From Octopus vulgaris (lineage: Eukaryota), in NCBI GenBank assembly GCA_951406725.2, contig OX597815.1, positions 112,530,001-112,594,000 on the forward strand: a DNA stretch of 64,000 nucleotides, read 5' to 3'. A program made the position numbers and the translations under genes. Positions 26,265 through 40,137 of this stretch are shown one piece after another (within the stretch, counting starts at the first letter, position 1; each line of letters starts with the position of its first letter). The notes under the pieces were generated by a model. The model had not been told where the DNA came from. It searched no databases and was given only the letters and a program-made list of their open reading frames with translations.

Positions 26265-26603
26265 ATAGAAAAAGGAAAGGTCCAAAGAAGGGAAGACGAA
26301 GAAAAAAATTGCCAACGATACACACGCGGTCACATATTGAAATATATATATATATAAATATACATATATATTTATATAGAGAGACACACATTGTATATAT
26401 GTGTGTATGTATGATAGATAGATAACATACATGCATACATACATTCATACATACATACATTCATACATACATACATACATACATACATACATACATACAT
26501 ACATACATACATACATACATAAAGCCACGTCAGCTTAAAGTGTATACGTTCTTATTGACGAAAATGCTTCGTTTGTATACACGTCTGTGGTGAAAATTTT
26601 AAA

Positions 26604-26650
26604 CTGAAGCAGAGATACCCGGCATTGCGCGGGATTGAAACGACATCAGT

Positions 26651-26713
<63 letters not shown>

Positions 26714-28493
26714 ATATATATATATATATATATAAGATTTATGTTGAAACATGTTATATGGAAGTGCAGCATTGACGACAAAACATTTATGGAGTAATTG
26801 ATGGGATACGTCGACTAAGAGACATGTCGTGCGTCCGTTTGGAGGATTTCAGGTCATGGAAAATTGGGGTGGGAGTGTATGTGACTTTTTCGAACGCACT
26901 GAAAAGCTGTCAGTGGACATACTCTGCTTTGCGACGGTCGGCGCTGCGTCTAATACGATCCATCGTATGATTGAAAGTCGAATGAATGTAGTTGTAATGG
27001 AAATATTGTATGTAAGTGGGTACGCTCCGGAAAAGGGCTGCAATGGGAGAGGGCAACGGAGAAGTGAACTGTTGAAATGTTGCAGAAGGCAAAATGTAGT
27101 CATTGGATTGCTGGTGTGACTCTAGACTGAGAAACATAAACTGAGCCTATGCAGTCACATGACAATATGTAATAATGAATTACTTGAAAAAGTAAGGCGT
27201 AATGGTTTAAAGCGCGGTTAGTGTGAGTAATTAGAGTAAATGCTTTGATATTGAAGTCCATGCAGGAAACGTCTTTGTTGGTGCAGTCTTCACGTTTGTT
27301 GTTATTATGCCGAAATGCTCTCCATCTTCACCATTCACAAAGTGTAGTGGATACCGGAGCGCATCGTAGGATGTAGTAACTCCTACAAAACCTCTTAGTA
27401 AAGAATATTCTTTGTTTTCCCTTGTAGAACAAAGACAAATAGATTTTTTTGCTTCTGGAGCTGCCAACATTTAATCAATTGTGTGAGAAGGATAACTCTT
27501 CCAAGAGAAGTTCTACCTCAGACATTGTTTGACCCTTTGTATGTCGCATTGTATGAAGGCAGCGAGCTGGCAGAAACGTTAGGGCACTGGGCGAAATGCT
27601 TAGCCGTATCCCGTCTGCCGTTACGTTCTGAGTTCAAATTCCGCCGCGGTCGACTTTGCCTTTCATCCTTTCGGGGTCGATAGATTAAGTACCAGTTACG
27701 CACTGGGCTCGATGTAATCGACTTAATCCCTTTGTCTATCCTTGCTTGTCTCCTCTATGTTTAGCACCTTGTGGGAAATGAAGAAATAAGACATTGTTTG
27801 ACCCTGGGATTTATTGCTAGATATTGCGAAGCTGATACGAATAGGAAATTGCTCTCTTCTCAATGAAAAAGGAATTTCTGCTCCTACTGGAATGAGAAGA
27901 ATTCTGGGTTTGAAAACATCATCTCCCTTTTCGCATTCTGAGATAATGGTGGCCTCAATAATGCGTGGCATCATTTTCTTTATCACCAGGCGTGTACCAT
28001 TGCACCAGTGTCGGTGCATCCAAATACCTCAATAACATTACTGGAGTTCCCACTTTCAGTTCCAATTTGTGGGAAGGTAGTTCCGGAGGCTCCAATGAAT
28101 TGAGGAATTATTTTGGATAATTTACCATCTCTACTGGATCTGGGATTCTATCAACTGACTTATAGATATGAGGACTTCCAGGAAGGTACTGCAACAACTA
28201 TTGTTTAATTTTCCGTATAGTGTTGTTTTCTGGAGCCAATTGAGATTGCAAAAAGTTTTTGACAAATTGATGTAATGGCGACAATCAATTTCTGAAAGTA
28301 ACTGCGCAAAGAATTACCTCCCCTCTCCTTGTAACCAAGGAACTGGCGTTTTCTACTCTCAAAGGGCCCGTTACTCATTGTGTAAAGCATTTTAAGAGTC
28401 TAAAACCATCTATGGAGCAGAAGTAGTGTATTCCCAGTTTGGAGAAAATCAGTTGAGAATTACGGCCGTTATAATCTTTTACGCACAAACACA

Positions 28494-28573
<80 letters not shown>

Positions 28574-28592
28574 ACTGGATTTATAGTATAGA
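26604..28592 (-). mobile_element. Helitron relic with both ends and rearranged RepHel fragments
   Basis: 5' end A|TCTATACTATAAA at 28592; 3' hairpin CCCGCGCAATGCCGGG at ~26618-26633 with an altered CTAG. Fragments: CNGTRLVIKKMMPRIIEATI...QFPIRISFAISSNKSQGQT, SYDALRYPLHFVNGEDG, WIVLDAAPTVAKQ. Confidence 0.88.
27558..27788 (+). mobile_element. SINE family A monomer nested in the Helitron helicase
   Basis: Intact head, B box and central domain; flanked by 17-bp direct repeat AGACATTGTTTGACCCT (27520-27536, 27789-27805). Confidence 0.9.
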
Positions 28593-30179
28593 TTTTACGC
28601 CAAGTCTTGTCGCAAAGTATTTACATCACGTATACATAAAAAACCACAGTGAATCATTTAAAAACGCAAAGAAATTATAAATAACATAGAGACTTCAGCA
28701 TACATAGGTGGAAACAAACAGAAACTGTATCATGAATGTAAAAACTGCACTGGATTACAATGAAGGGCGATCTCTTTCTATTTAGTAGTAGGTCCTCCTT
28801 AACAAGCTTTCTGTTGTATACTTTCCTTGTAGCTTATTGCATAAGGATTTTACTTAACAGATCATGATTGATTGTCAATGCAAAGAAGATATTCCTTCGT
28901 TTGTTTCGATTTCTTAATTCCAGGATAAAATATTCAATATAGTGGAGTGAAAATTTAAAAAATGTAGAAATTGAAAATGCCCGAGAACTAAAATGTTGCT
29001 ATATTTGATTACTAGAAAAATGCTAAATTTTCGCTGAAACTAATCAATGTCATTTACTCTATAGCGGAATTTGGTGTGCGGGCGTAAATGCCCTTAATTG
29101 ATCTAAGCGAAAATTTAATACTTTTCTAGTAATAATATAAATATATATTATTTAATTTCTGACTAGTTTTCAGATTCAATTTTGTTTGATCCTCGGAGTT
29201 CATATTCACAAGTAACGATCACATTGCATATTTCTTTTTTCTACGAGTGGAGATTGAGGGTAAGAAAGAGAGGGAGGAAAAGTGAAACGTGTGAAGTAAG
29301 AGATGGTTCTGGCCTTGGCTGATTGCTGGCTTGTCATCTGAAAATTCCGAAATTCTCAGTTTAATTACACTTAATCTTTTAATACTAAACTATAAGTTAT
29401 CTTAAAGATATAATCTAAGAATATTTGCTATTCTTAAACCAGCTAACGCCCATATTAAAACGGTAATGTTTGAAAGCTTATGGTGATATTATATGAAAGC
29501 ATGTTAAAGAATATTAGAACTGTCTTGACCTTCAAACTAGTATGGTAGCTAGCATCCAAATACCTTAATACACTATAGTAATCAACGCAACACCTACATA
29601 CAGAGATAGCACATGTACATTATTTTATTTGTAATTAAGCACACTAGAGAAGCATGTATACAGATATATTCAGTAGTTCTTGCATAGATATGTTTATACA
29701 AGCAGGCTTATATACAGGCACATAAATGTGCATAGAATTAGATATATGCATACGCATATACATAAGCGTGCATGGTTGCAAAATCATATCTATCCATTTA
29801 TATTTATATAGATGCATGCATATACAGATTTTAGCTACTTATAATTCTGTGAATGCATATCTTGATTTAAGTATCTACTGGCACATGAACAAATATATAT
29901 TAAGAGGTTACACAGGTTCAAATATAAATATTCATGCTCATATAATCTATGCTTTCAGTTAATGTGTATATTCGCACGCATATGTACACACAGTCACATG
30001 TGCATACACACAAATACTCATATATAGACATACACACAAATATACATATCTATACTTGTCTATGAATGCATATACGCACAGCACATATAATAGTGCCCCT
30101 AAATATATCCACGGATACTTAAGCTCGAACACAATGCATAGGTGCATTGGTACTGGGATATGTAGACTACACATATAGG

Positions 30180-31100
30180 ATTTCTAGCCAAGCTAACTGC
30201 AGGTATTATTATCAATGGTTGTACGTGATTAAGGAGAATACAACTGAAATTGAAGATTACGTAACATTTGGGAAACGTTAAATATTACAAGGCCCTCAGT
30301 TCCTTAGGAATTAAACTGTACATCCACGGTGATGGTATTCGAGCTAAGTAGTTAACCTAGAACGTGCTTATGCATATATATTTTATCTGTCGGTAAATGT
30401 TAAGAGTCTTTATTTCTGTTCGATTTCAAGGGAATTTATTTTCTGAGAGTTTTTGTTGGATTTCAAGGGAATTTGTTTTCTGGGAGTGTGTGATGGGAGT
30501 TGTGGGATGAGGTATTATCTATGAGTATGACAATACTTTGACTTTAAAAGTTTCACCCGCTTTGTTATTATGTAAAAAAGAGTATGACTTTACTAACGTA
30601 TTTTGATATCTGATTGTATAGAATATTCTTGGTTTCCAGGTTCATGAACTATTTCCATAACGCTGTATAATTCCTTGTAAGTAGTTTTCAGAAAATATGG
30701 TTTTCTTGTAAGTGCGCAGCTTATAAGAATTAGAAGGAAAGACTATATATGCTTTGGGTGTTTGATTATTTTATACTGCCTGTAGATGAACAATAATTTT
30801 TACTTAGTAATAGTGTCGACTATCTAAGCATTCGGTTTGTGTTCGTTGCAGTTATTTGCTGGGGTGTAGGTACTCGCTTAGCTCAGCTTAGAATAATTGA
30901 TAATTGTGCAGTGTATATCGAGCTTTGTTGAAAGCTTGTTTAAAGAATCTATATTTTGGTTATATGTAGGGTGCTGAGCGAGCATTTTCTCTCATATTTC
31001 CCATTTTCCAATTGACCAGCTCTTAGCTGATCTTCATTATATTTGTTCCTCTGTGTATAGACCTTCATTGTTGAATATAGAAAAGTTTGTAAACATCCGC
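30180..31100 (-). mobile_element. Heavily decayed PLE-like fragment
   Basis: Coding-like strand bias as in the other PLE relics; only weak similarity to the PLE RT C-terminal region. Confidence 0.35.
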
Positions 31101-31404
31101 TTGCTAGTTGAAAGTGATTAATGTAATTGATATAATCGAGTCTAAGGTGTTATTATTACTTTCACGCTCTTAGCATTTTATGTAATTTAATGCTTCATTC
31201 GGTTTACAAATCTAGAAAGTTATTTGTATCAAGATTGGTTACCATGATAAGAGAAAAGTTGTAGCTTTCATAAAATGTATTCAAAATATATTTTAAAGTC
31301 AACCATTTTTGTAGGAATGTGTGTAAATTTAAGAACATTTAAACATTATATCTTTCATATCACTATAATGAAACATAAATCCATTGGGTGACTGTATCTA
31401 AACA

Positions 31405-31840
31405 TTTCTGTCACGTTGGGTCAGATTCACTCTCTGAGTTCGACACCTGGGGCAAGCTTCTTATATAATAGCCTGGGCCGACAAATGATTGTGCATGTAT
31501 TTAGTTAACGGAAACTAAGTGGAACCTCGTCGTACATATGTGTGTACATATATATAATCATGTTTGTGTGTGCATGTCTGTGTGAGAGAGAGAAAAAGAG
31601 AGTGTGAGTGCGTGTTGCTGTGAGTGTTGTGTGTATGTGTTCGTGTGTGTTTGGGTGTGATATGTGTGTGTGCATATCATTGTGTTTATTCCCACACGGC
31701 TTCACAACTGCTGTTTCTTCATACACCAATAACTTAACTCCGGCAAAGTATACCTGAACAATAAATGCCAGACACAAAAACAACTGCAATCGATTTGTTT
31801 GGCTAAGGTCAAGGGAATGCTTCAGCATGGTACTCAACCT
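31405..31840 (+). mobile_element. Degenerate SINE family C
   Basis: CCTGGGGCAAGCTTCTTA...GGGCCGACAAA...ACGGAAACTAAGTGGAACCTCGTCGTA matches the family C body. Confidence 0.65.
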
Positions 31841-33049
31841 AAAAGAAGTAGTAACCAATCTTCCTCAAATAACAATCTACCGTTTTTAATAATGGAGTAG
31901 TGAATTACAGTATATAGTCTCACATATTATTACACAGACAGGATGGCCAGGATAGGAATGCTTTTGATCGTAGTTCTGCTCCATCATACATGCCCGGGTG
32001 GTGTGGGACAAAGCTAATAAAGCACTATTCTCTAAGGATTATATAAAAGAATATATACAGCGAAGTATTAGGTAGATAAATAGAAGCGTAAATTATTCAT
32101 GTGTTTAATTTTGCAGACACTTAAAGAAATGATATACAAAGACCCGTACAGATAGACGACTAGATACATTGGATATAGAAAGAAAAATAGAAATAAAAAT
32201 ACGAAATGTAAGTAGTTATGTAAGAAGGTATTAGGCAAATAAATAAATTGAAGAGTGAAATATACAGTTAGAAATTTAAGCATGCAGATAGGCGTGTAGA
32301 AAGTTAGCTAGATAGATATGTAGGTAGATAGATAATTAAATAGATAGTAAAATATAATATAGACTGATTGATACGCAAGTGAATTCTTATATAATGCTTA
32401 TATAAATGCATAGACGAACGCATTACTACATAAAATCACTCAGAGTAATGCCAATATATTCGAAATTTCTTTTCACTCACCTGAAGAAACATAGTAGCAG
32501 ATTTGAGAATACAAATTTTATTTATTTTACTGGCGAACCAATAGATAACAGAGAATTGTAATAATTTTGTATTGAACGTGTCTGTAATAGATGAATATTC
32601 TTGAAATCAAAAGGTAAAAGGAGTTATAGAATAGAAAAACTTATATAAGAGACTTTATAAATGTTATGATATATTCAGTCAACTGTATATTTATTTAATG
32701 ACAAATATGAATAGATACTGAAACTTAATATTAATTCCAGTAAAAATACTTCACTTTTTGTAGACACGGTGTCGCATGTTACCATAAGAAAATTCTCTCA
32801 TACGAAGTTGTCTGCTTAGTGTTTAAAGAAGCACTTAGATTATATGAATTATTTGTATATTTCTCTAGTTGTATATTCATGAAGATACAAGGGTTCTTCG
32901 AAAGTAACACAAAAGTGTACCATAACTCTTTAATGGACGTAGTTTGTTCAATTTGCATATGGTGGTTAGTGTTACACGTCAGCTTGTTTATTCTTTTTCA
33001 TTGCAATTAAGTAATTCTTTATAAGCAGAAGCTACGTGCCAACATCCAG

Positions 33050-33700
33050 TTCTTGACAAAGGTGAGTTACAAAGGTGTCTGGTATCCACAGATGGCTACA
33101 CATTCTTTACAGACATTACACCATATACAAAAATTATGTACACTGGTGAATGAAAGAATATGAAGAAGGGGAAACCAGCATTGAAATTAAATTATGTAGT
33201 GAGAATCCACTGTCAGTGTGACTATCCCTGATTCAAATTGCAAGCGTTTGGACGGGTTAATTTGGCAGGAATAGACATGTTACATTGCTGGGTGTGTACA
33301 AAGGGAATACCTCTGTATTTAACACTCGATTTGAAACAAAAAAGAAAGGAAGTCTGCTCTGATCAGCTGAAAGTGTTGTAAGACAATGAAGAGATTTTTC
33401 TTTTTCGTTTTGATCTGGTGGCAAAAAATAAAAAGTAAATTTATCATTATGGTACGGGAACGAATGCTCAGACTATGGAATGAAGTCACACCTATTTTCT
33501 ATGACCAAATATTTTCAAGAGATAGATTCCACAAGGATAGATCATGATAACTATTCGTTGGGAATGACATGAGGAAATTCTCCTTCTATCTTCTCGAATG
33601 TGGTTATGCCAAGAACAGCAATAAGCACTTGGGACTCTCAAAAGGCTTAGAAAAGCCTTTAAGAGGATGCGGACGAATAAAAGTCTGAATATTTAGCAAC
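33050..33700 (+). mobile_element. Possible decayed RTE-like LINE 3' region
   Basis: Scattered motif remnants (STDG, ASVWTG/AFGRL-like, YGNEC, DRFH) in expected order; very eroded. Confidence 0.3.
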
Positions 33701-34634
33701 AAATCAAGGAATCGGTAGAAACGATTGATCAGTACAGTGTGGATCTTCGCCGTGCAACTTTCCTCTCTTTGGTCAAGTGAAGCTTAGTCATGGGGTACAA
33801 CATTTGATGACAAAGCCCCGGTGAAAGGAACTGCTAACAAGCAGGAACAATAGTGCAAACGTGAAATATTTCGAAGGAGATTCGAATGTTGTGTCCAAGA
33901 ATAGGGCAAATGAGACTATGTTGAGTAGCATTTTTATAGAGATTGAGCTATTCTAAAACATTTACAACATGAACGATCTATGCCAAGCACTAAACATGCC
34001 ATGTCCACTTTTTCATTACTTTCAGGGCAGCTCTAATGACGATATATATGTAAGGAGAATCACTCGGATATCTTTATGCTAACATTCGCTTACAGAGACA
34101 AAAACAATAGCATAAAATAAGTATGCATGTATAGAGAATAATCTTTTGATAAATAACTAGTTACGTTGGAGAAGATTCTATATGAATCGATAATCTTTCA
34201 GCGAGAAATGTGCCCAACCCGGTTGCTTTCAGTTTCCATTTTGGAACCATTTGAATAACTTTATTTCATTGACCAGCTCGACAACACATGGTAGTAAATA
34301 CAACGATAAACCAGCAGCGACAGCTACAACAATGGCCGTATATAGAAAAGTGTGGAAGGCGACAGTGAATCCAAAATTTATGATACCAACGTCTCGGCTC
34401 CGGTATCTCAGCAATAAGTTGCGACTGTTATAACACCATAGAAAACAAATACTACGACAAATGTAAAGAAAGAAGAGCAACAAGAACAACTAAAGCAACT
34501 AAAACAACATTGAAAATAAAGACGACAAAAATAAGAAAATTATAGCAGAACCATCACAGCTAACAACAGTATCAACACAACTACCAAAATCATATATGCC
34601 TTCCATACATACGCTTATGTACACGATTTCAGGT

Positions 34635-34694
<60 letters not shown>

Positions 34695-34924
34695 TGCGTG
34701 TGTGTGTGTGTGTGTCGATATCTAAAACGAAGAGGAAGAAAGAAAAGGAAATCAAAGGATATTATTGACAAGTTTGAGTAAATCGAGAAAAAAATCTTAG
34801 ATCAAAAGAGGTTGGATTACTACGGAACAAACGTTGCTAAGAATAATGAGAGATATAGATAAGTCAGTGAGTTGTAATGGGTATATTACGCTACATCAAG
34901 CGATTAATGCGAAGAGTATACAAG

Positions 34925-35140
34925 ACGATGAGCTGGCAGAATCTTTAGCACGCTGGACGATACGCTTAGCTTTATTTCGTCCGTATAAAGACGTTCTGAG
35001 TTCAAATTCCGCCTAGGTTGACGTTGCCTTTCATTCTACTGGGGTCGATAAAATAAGTATCATGTGAGTACTGGGGTCGATGTAATCGACTTACCCCTGC
35101 CCGAAAATTACTGGCCTTGTGCCAAATTTTTAATTCAATA
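34925..35140 (+). mobile_element. SINE family A monomer
   Basis: GAGCTGGCAGAATCTTTAGC...GAGTTCAAATTCCGCC...GGGGTCGATAAAATAAGTA; short flanking repeat GAGTATAC. Confidence 0.85.
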
Positions 35141-36326
35141 TAAGGAGTATACGTAATCTCACATGGCCAACTTAACTCTTTATAAAAATCAGTATATATT
35201 TTTGTTTTACTGTTTGTGCCTAACGGTATATTACTGTTGCTATTTCATTTTGATGTTAATCACGTAATTTACAAATTTAAGTGAATATATAGAAAAATAT
35301 ATGGAATAAAGTATTTCTTTCAGTTATTGTTTCATCCCACGTTATGCCCTACACGAGCAAATCTTTAATCAAAAGCATCCAAGATTTTACAATCACGTAT
35401 TTTGAGTTTTCTTTTCCAAACTAGATTTCGGAATACATCAAATAATATGTTCTATTTTCCGAAAAGTGGCTGGCTTTAAGATTGCAGATTTTAAGGGGAC
35501 TTAACAAGTATCCTGAACATGTTGAATGACCACATAGAAATTTCCAAGTTCCTCACCTTCCCGTTATTCAGAGTGTTGCGTAATGCTCCATTAAATTTAG
35601 GGGAAAATATGTATTCTTAAGAGATATGCAATACCTCGTCAGTTATTTCATTGATTATGACTAAAGGTAGTCAACAATAAGCCATTACAATCAGTGACTT
35701 TATTTTATCAATTCAGTCTTGACGAACAGCACATTGCCATGGCGTGGACTTTGCATGTTCTCTAAGACAGCTAAGATTCATGCTAACAATGACAACTGCA
35801 GAAAAGTTATTTACAAATGAAAGAATTATGGGGAACAATGTTCACGAAGGAAAGCACTAGATATAGTTATTAGTGCAGGGTCTGAAAAGATGGATACGAT
35901 GTGGGATGTGGGTAATTGGAAAAGGCGAGTCAATTGAGTCGAGCGTGCTTAAGTTGAAATGGTGCGAAATTAGCCAGTTACAAGAAGCAAATGTCATTAT
36001 ACAAAGATAAAGCTAGAGAGAATAAAGAAGAATTATGGACCTGATGTTGAAGTGTTTTCGAATGTTTATGCCAATCAATCCGCTGTCTTTTAATACATTT
36101 ATTGGAGAAATGGAAAAAGCAATGCATATATGTTTTCAAGGATATTAGCGAAACAACAAACACATGCAATGAAATCTGAATCTGAAACGGTTTTCACTGA
36201 AAACGTAGCGCCGTATATTTCAGTACACATCATACACTTAATTGCATGTGAGTTGTGTCTGTGTGTAAGAGTGTGTGTGCGCGCTTGCGTATGATTGTGT
36301 GTGTGTGTATGTGCGTGTCTGTGTGT

Positions 36327-36359
<33 letters not shown>

Positions 36360-37463
36360 TCTGTCTGTCTGTCTGTATATGACTGTATCTGATTGCGTTT
36401 GCCCGAGCAGCAACGTATGTGCTCATTTGTATGCGTGCACATGCGGTACGTGTGGGTGTGAGATGTTTGTATGAATATATACAAGTATTATTTCCTTTGA
36501 ACTATATCTTTTTGAAAACCGATTTTCTCTTCATATACTTCGTATTGGAACACTCCTGTTTTGAAAAACTGTTGAGTTTAGTAGAATGACATTTCATTAA
36601 TGGAAATATGTTAATGTGTTGTTTTGTTAGCTTTCACAGCTGGGGGTTTATTTAGATATAAGTATTGATTACTTGGCTAGACGCCGTTTCTATCAAGAAA
36701 TTCTATATAGAATAATCATACATGTCACTAATGTTTGTCGATAGATATGTGGTGTTTTGACAAATACTGTGATACAACAGCTACTTGTTCTAGCTGTCTG
36801 CTTAGTCTACTTCAACTTAAAGTTAATTCTTTTTACGCTAGCAGCTACTGAGTGCCATTATCATCGATAATGAAGGCAAGTTCGGGAAATTGGAAAACAG
36901 TTTTCTGCTGGTAAATATCATTGCTGATAATGAAGAACGCCTGGGTCTTCTAAAATATTAGTTTAAGTTGCCTTAAAAATTTACCATCATTCATTAGCTT
37001 CTAAATATACTTGTGACTGCAACATAATCGGTAATCGATCTTTTTGACTGTTGGTTCGATTCTCATTTCTTAAAATATCTTACTGCATTAGATTACGTGT
37101 GAAAGAGAACACTTCCAGGAATTGAAACAAATTCTTCTTTGTAAACACGGTGCAAAGACTTTTAGTAATGTGTAAAGAAAGCATTATCTTTTTTAAGGCT
37201 CTTGCCTTTATTTATGACACCAAATATATTATCTCTAATAATATACCATAAACAAATAAAAGTGAAAATCGTCCTCATGCAAGAAACTACGGTTGAGAAT
37301 ACTAAAAGCTGCTTAACGCTCTAAGCGATGATGAGGAAGTAAATATGTAATCTTTTTGAATTATTCTTACAACAGTAGAAACGCTTGAACCTTCAGGAGA
37401 TTCTGCAGTTGCTACCCGTTGCTTGCTTCTGTTACTATAAATAGTCGCTGCTCACTCACTCAC

Positions 37464-37505
<42 letters not shown>

Positions 37506-38749
37506 GTTGGTTCTGTCTGTGAAAGTCTATATAACATAAAGTAAATAAATGTTTGCTTACAGCAAATTCGTACATCAAGTTACTTCAAATTTACCTTCCG
37601 CAGGGTCTGTAATATAATTCCATGATTGCCACTATAAAGTCCTTTGAGAGCAGAAACTGAGAATTAATTAGATATCTTATTCTTGCAGAGTATAAGAGTC
37701 CATTAGGAATAATAAACAAACAAACCCGGAACACGAGATCAGGATTGCTTATTAGAGCATACGGGCATTGCTGAAAAAAGAAAACATGACTTAGCTAGCA
37801 ACTCATTTCGACTAATTTGATAATATAAAATTTTGACTGAAGCAGTTGAAAATGTTATCGTTTTTCAGTGTTATGTTACATCTTCAAACAAACATGCTGC
37901 CATAAATGGCAGTTACATACTAGAAGAACGCACATTCGAATTCATTTTCGCAAACAAGTTTGGTCGGGAAAACAAAATCCTTGCTTGAGGGTTAACTGAT
38001 CTGATTTAAACAAAATATTTGAACTTAAACAACTGACCGTCTGCGTCGAAATTGATTGGTACTTCATCATTGGAATCAAACAAAGTAGTGGTATGAGACA
38101 CATAAATTGAGAATACTAAATATCTTGTAATATCATATCTTGTGAACTCAGTTTTAGATATTGGTAACCGTCGAAGCAGCTAAATTTATTACCTATCTCG
38201 AAGTTGTTAAACATTATAGTCCTCTTCTTGTTACTTTTAACAGTATAGACTTGTATGAGCCAGGAGGTGTTACTTGATACTAGTAATGTATTCTTTGATA
38301 ATTCTATTTGCTTCTGAATGATGAAAGCCGACATCTGTTGAGTTAAACGAACTTGCCTGCGTATTTAGAGGTTTAAATCTTGGGGATACAGAAAACACTA
38401 AGGGAGATCGATTTATAACGACACTTGAGATTAAACCTCCAGGTAAGTCCTGTTGCGCGGCACAGAGTCTAACATCATTAACAACAATTCAAGAAATCAA
38501 TATCAAGTCCGTGCGGCAATTAGATAGTACGAAGAAATATATTTGGTCACACGCAGCTGTTTTATTTTCAAGTTCCACTCATATTGTTTCTTTATTGATT
38601 TAACTGCAGCTACCCTTGTAAATTTTAGTGGGCAATCTCAAGTTGCGCACAAGTGATTCAGAAATACGATTTTAAAGTATACCAGTGTTAAAGATTCTTT
38701 TTGAGAATTTATATGAATGGTTTCTTGAGAATTTATATCAAAAATGCAG

Positions 38750-38827
38750 TTTTGTAAAGTATAAGGTAACAGGCCAAGTGTAGGAAGATTTTGTAAAGTA
38801 TAAGGTAACAGGCCAAGTGTAGGAAGA
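38750..38827. repeat. Perfect 39-bp tandem duplication
   Basis: TTTTGTAAAGTATAAGGTAACAGGCCAAGTGTAGGAAGA x2. Confidence 0.95.
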
Positions 38828-40072
38828 TAAACACGCTTACCAGCTCTTTCGAGATTTTTTGCAATTTATACAAGGAATATCATAAGACGTATATTTTGTG
38901 CAGCATGCCGCTGAACATTTTTGCATAATACAAGTTTGTCGGTGGGGCCCATTACCACTGGTGTCTTATTTGTTTTATTTTCAAGAATTTTTCATTAGCT
39001 TCAGCAGAAACTTCTGTACGATTTTGTACATGGAATGAATGTCATCAGCTCGAGAGTTATCATATCCATTTCTAGATACAAGCCTTGGTTACCACTGATT
39101 TTAAGATTGGTTTTCTTTTCTATAGTTTGTTTACGAGGAGGAAAGTTTCCAATTATGAATAAGTCGCGAATAGCGTGGAGAGACAACGCTACAACTTCAA
39201 CTGTGGCTGAACTATTGTAGTGATCGATCAGACATAATATCATAGAAATTCAAAAGAGTCCATACCACACTAGCATTAGAAGACTTGGGGATCTTGTTCG
39301 GGTCCAACATTTACCACATTTGATGGATATCGTTGAACGTGTTTCTGAATTGTTTAAAATTTCAAACCATAATACTGTATCTTATATTCGCTCAGATAAT
39401 CAGGTAGATACATCAGTTTCACCACATAAACATTCGTTTTAAGTGTTTATCGAATATGCCAATATGCCATTCCTCGACTAGAAAGGATCTGTTGAGGAAC
39501 ATATATTTAAAAAAGGCAAATAAGTGATCTCATGAAATAAAATCCCTAACAAGCTCATATTCGTTTTCGTGAGTGTACGTGTTGCGAGAATGTAAATGTA
39601 GTGTCTGTTTCTGCATATGTTATGGCTGTGTGTGAGATTTTGCGTATGCATACATATATGTGTATATGTGTGCGTATGAATACGTGTATGCATGTATATG
39701 AATGTATATATATATATATATATATATATACATGCATACATGCATACATGCATACATGCATACATACATACATACATGCATGCATACAAGCAGGAGGTTA
39801 ATCATTAAACATGACGATTCCAACTTATCTATTTGCTTTCAATGAAAGCATCAATATCTGCAACTTGAAATTGCTTTGACCCAGTATATATGAGACACTA
39901 TAATGGATATCATAATTGAATTCAGTCGAATGATAATGAACAAATGGCACATTGCAGAAGCTGAAACAAGAAGCGCAATCAAGAGACACCTGCAAGTAAA
40001 TTAATGGAACTGCTTTTAGTGTTCATTAATCTGCATCTTATTTATCGACAATAGGTGTTGTCTCTAATTATT

Positions 40073-40137
<65 letters not shown>

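Noticed and set aside
26745-26860. Plus-strand RLRDM..RPFGGFQV resembling a PIF1 motif, antisense to the Helitron
   Set aside because: Needs frameshifts and is very short; could be an inverted helicase fragment but cannot be told from chance by eye.
37436-37465. TATAAATA followed by TCACTC as a core promoter
   Set aside because: Such motifs are frequent by chance in AT-rich DNA and the spacing is imperfect.
39001-39410. Short ORFs on both strands in unique-looking sequence
   Set aside because: No recognisable domain and weak splice signals.
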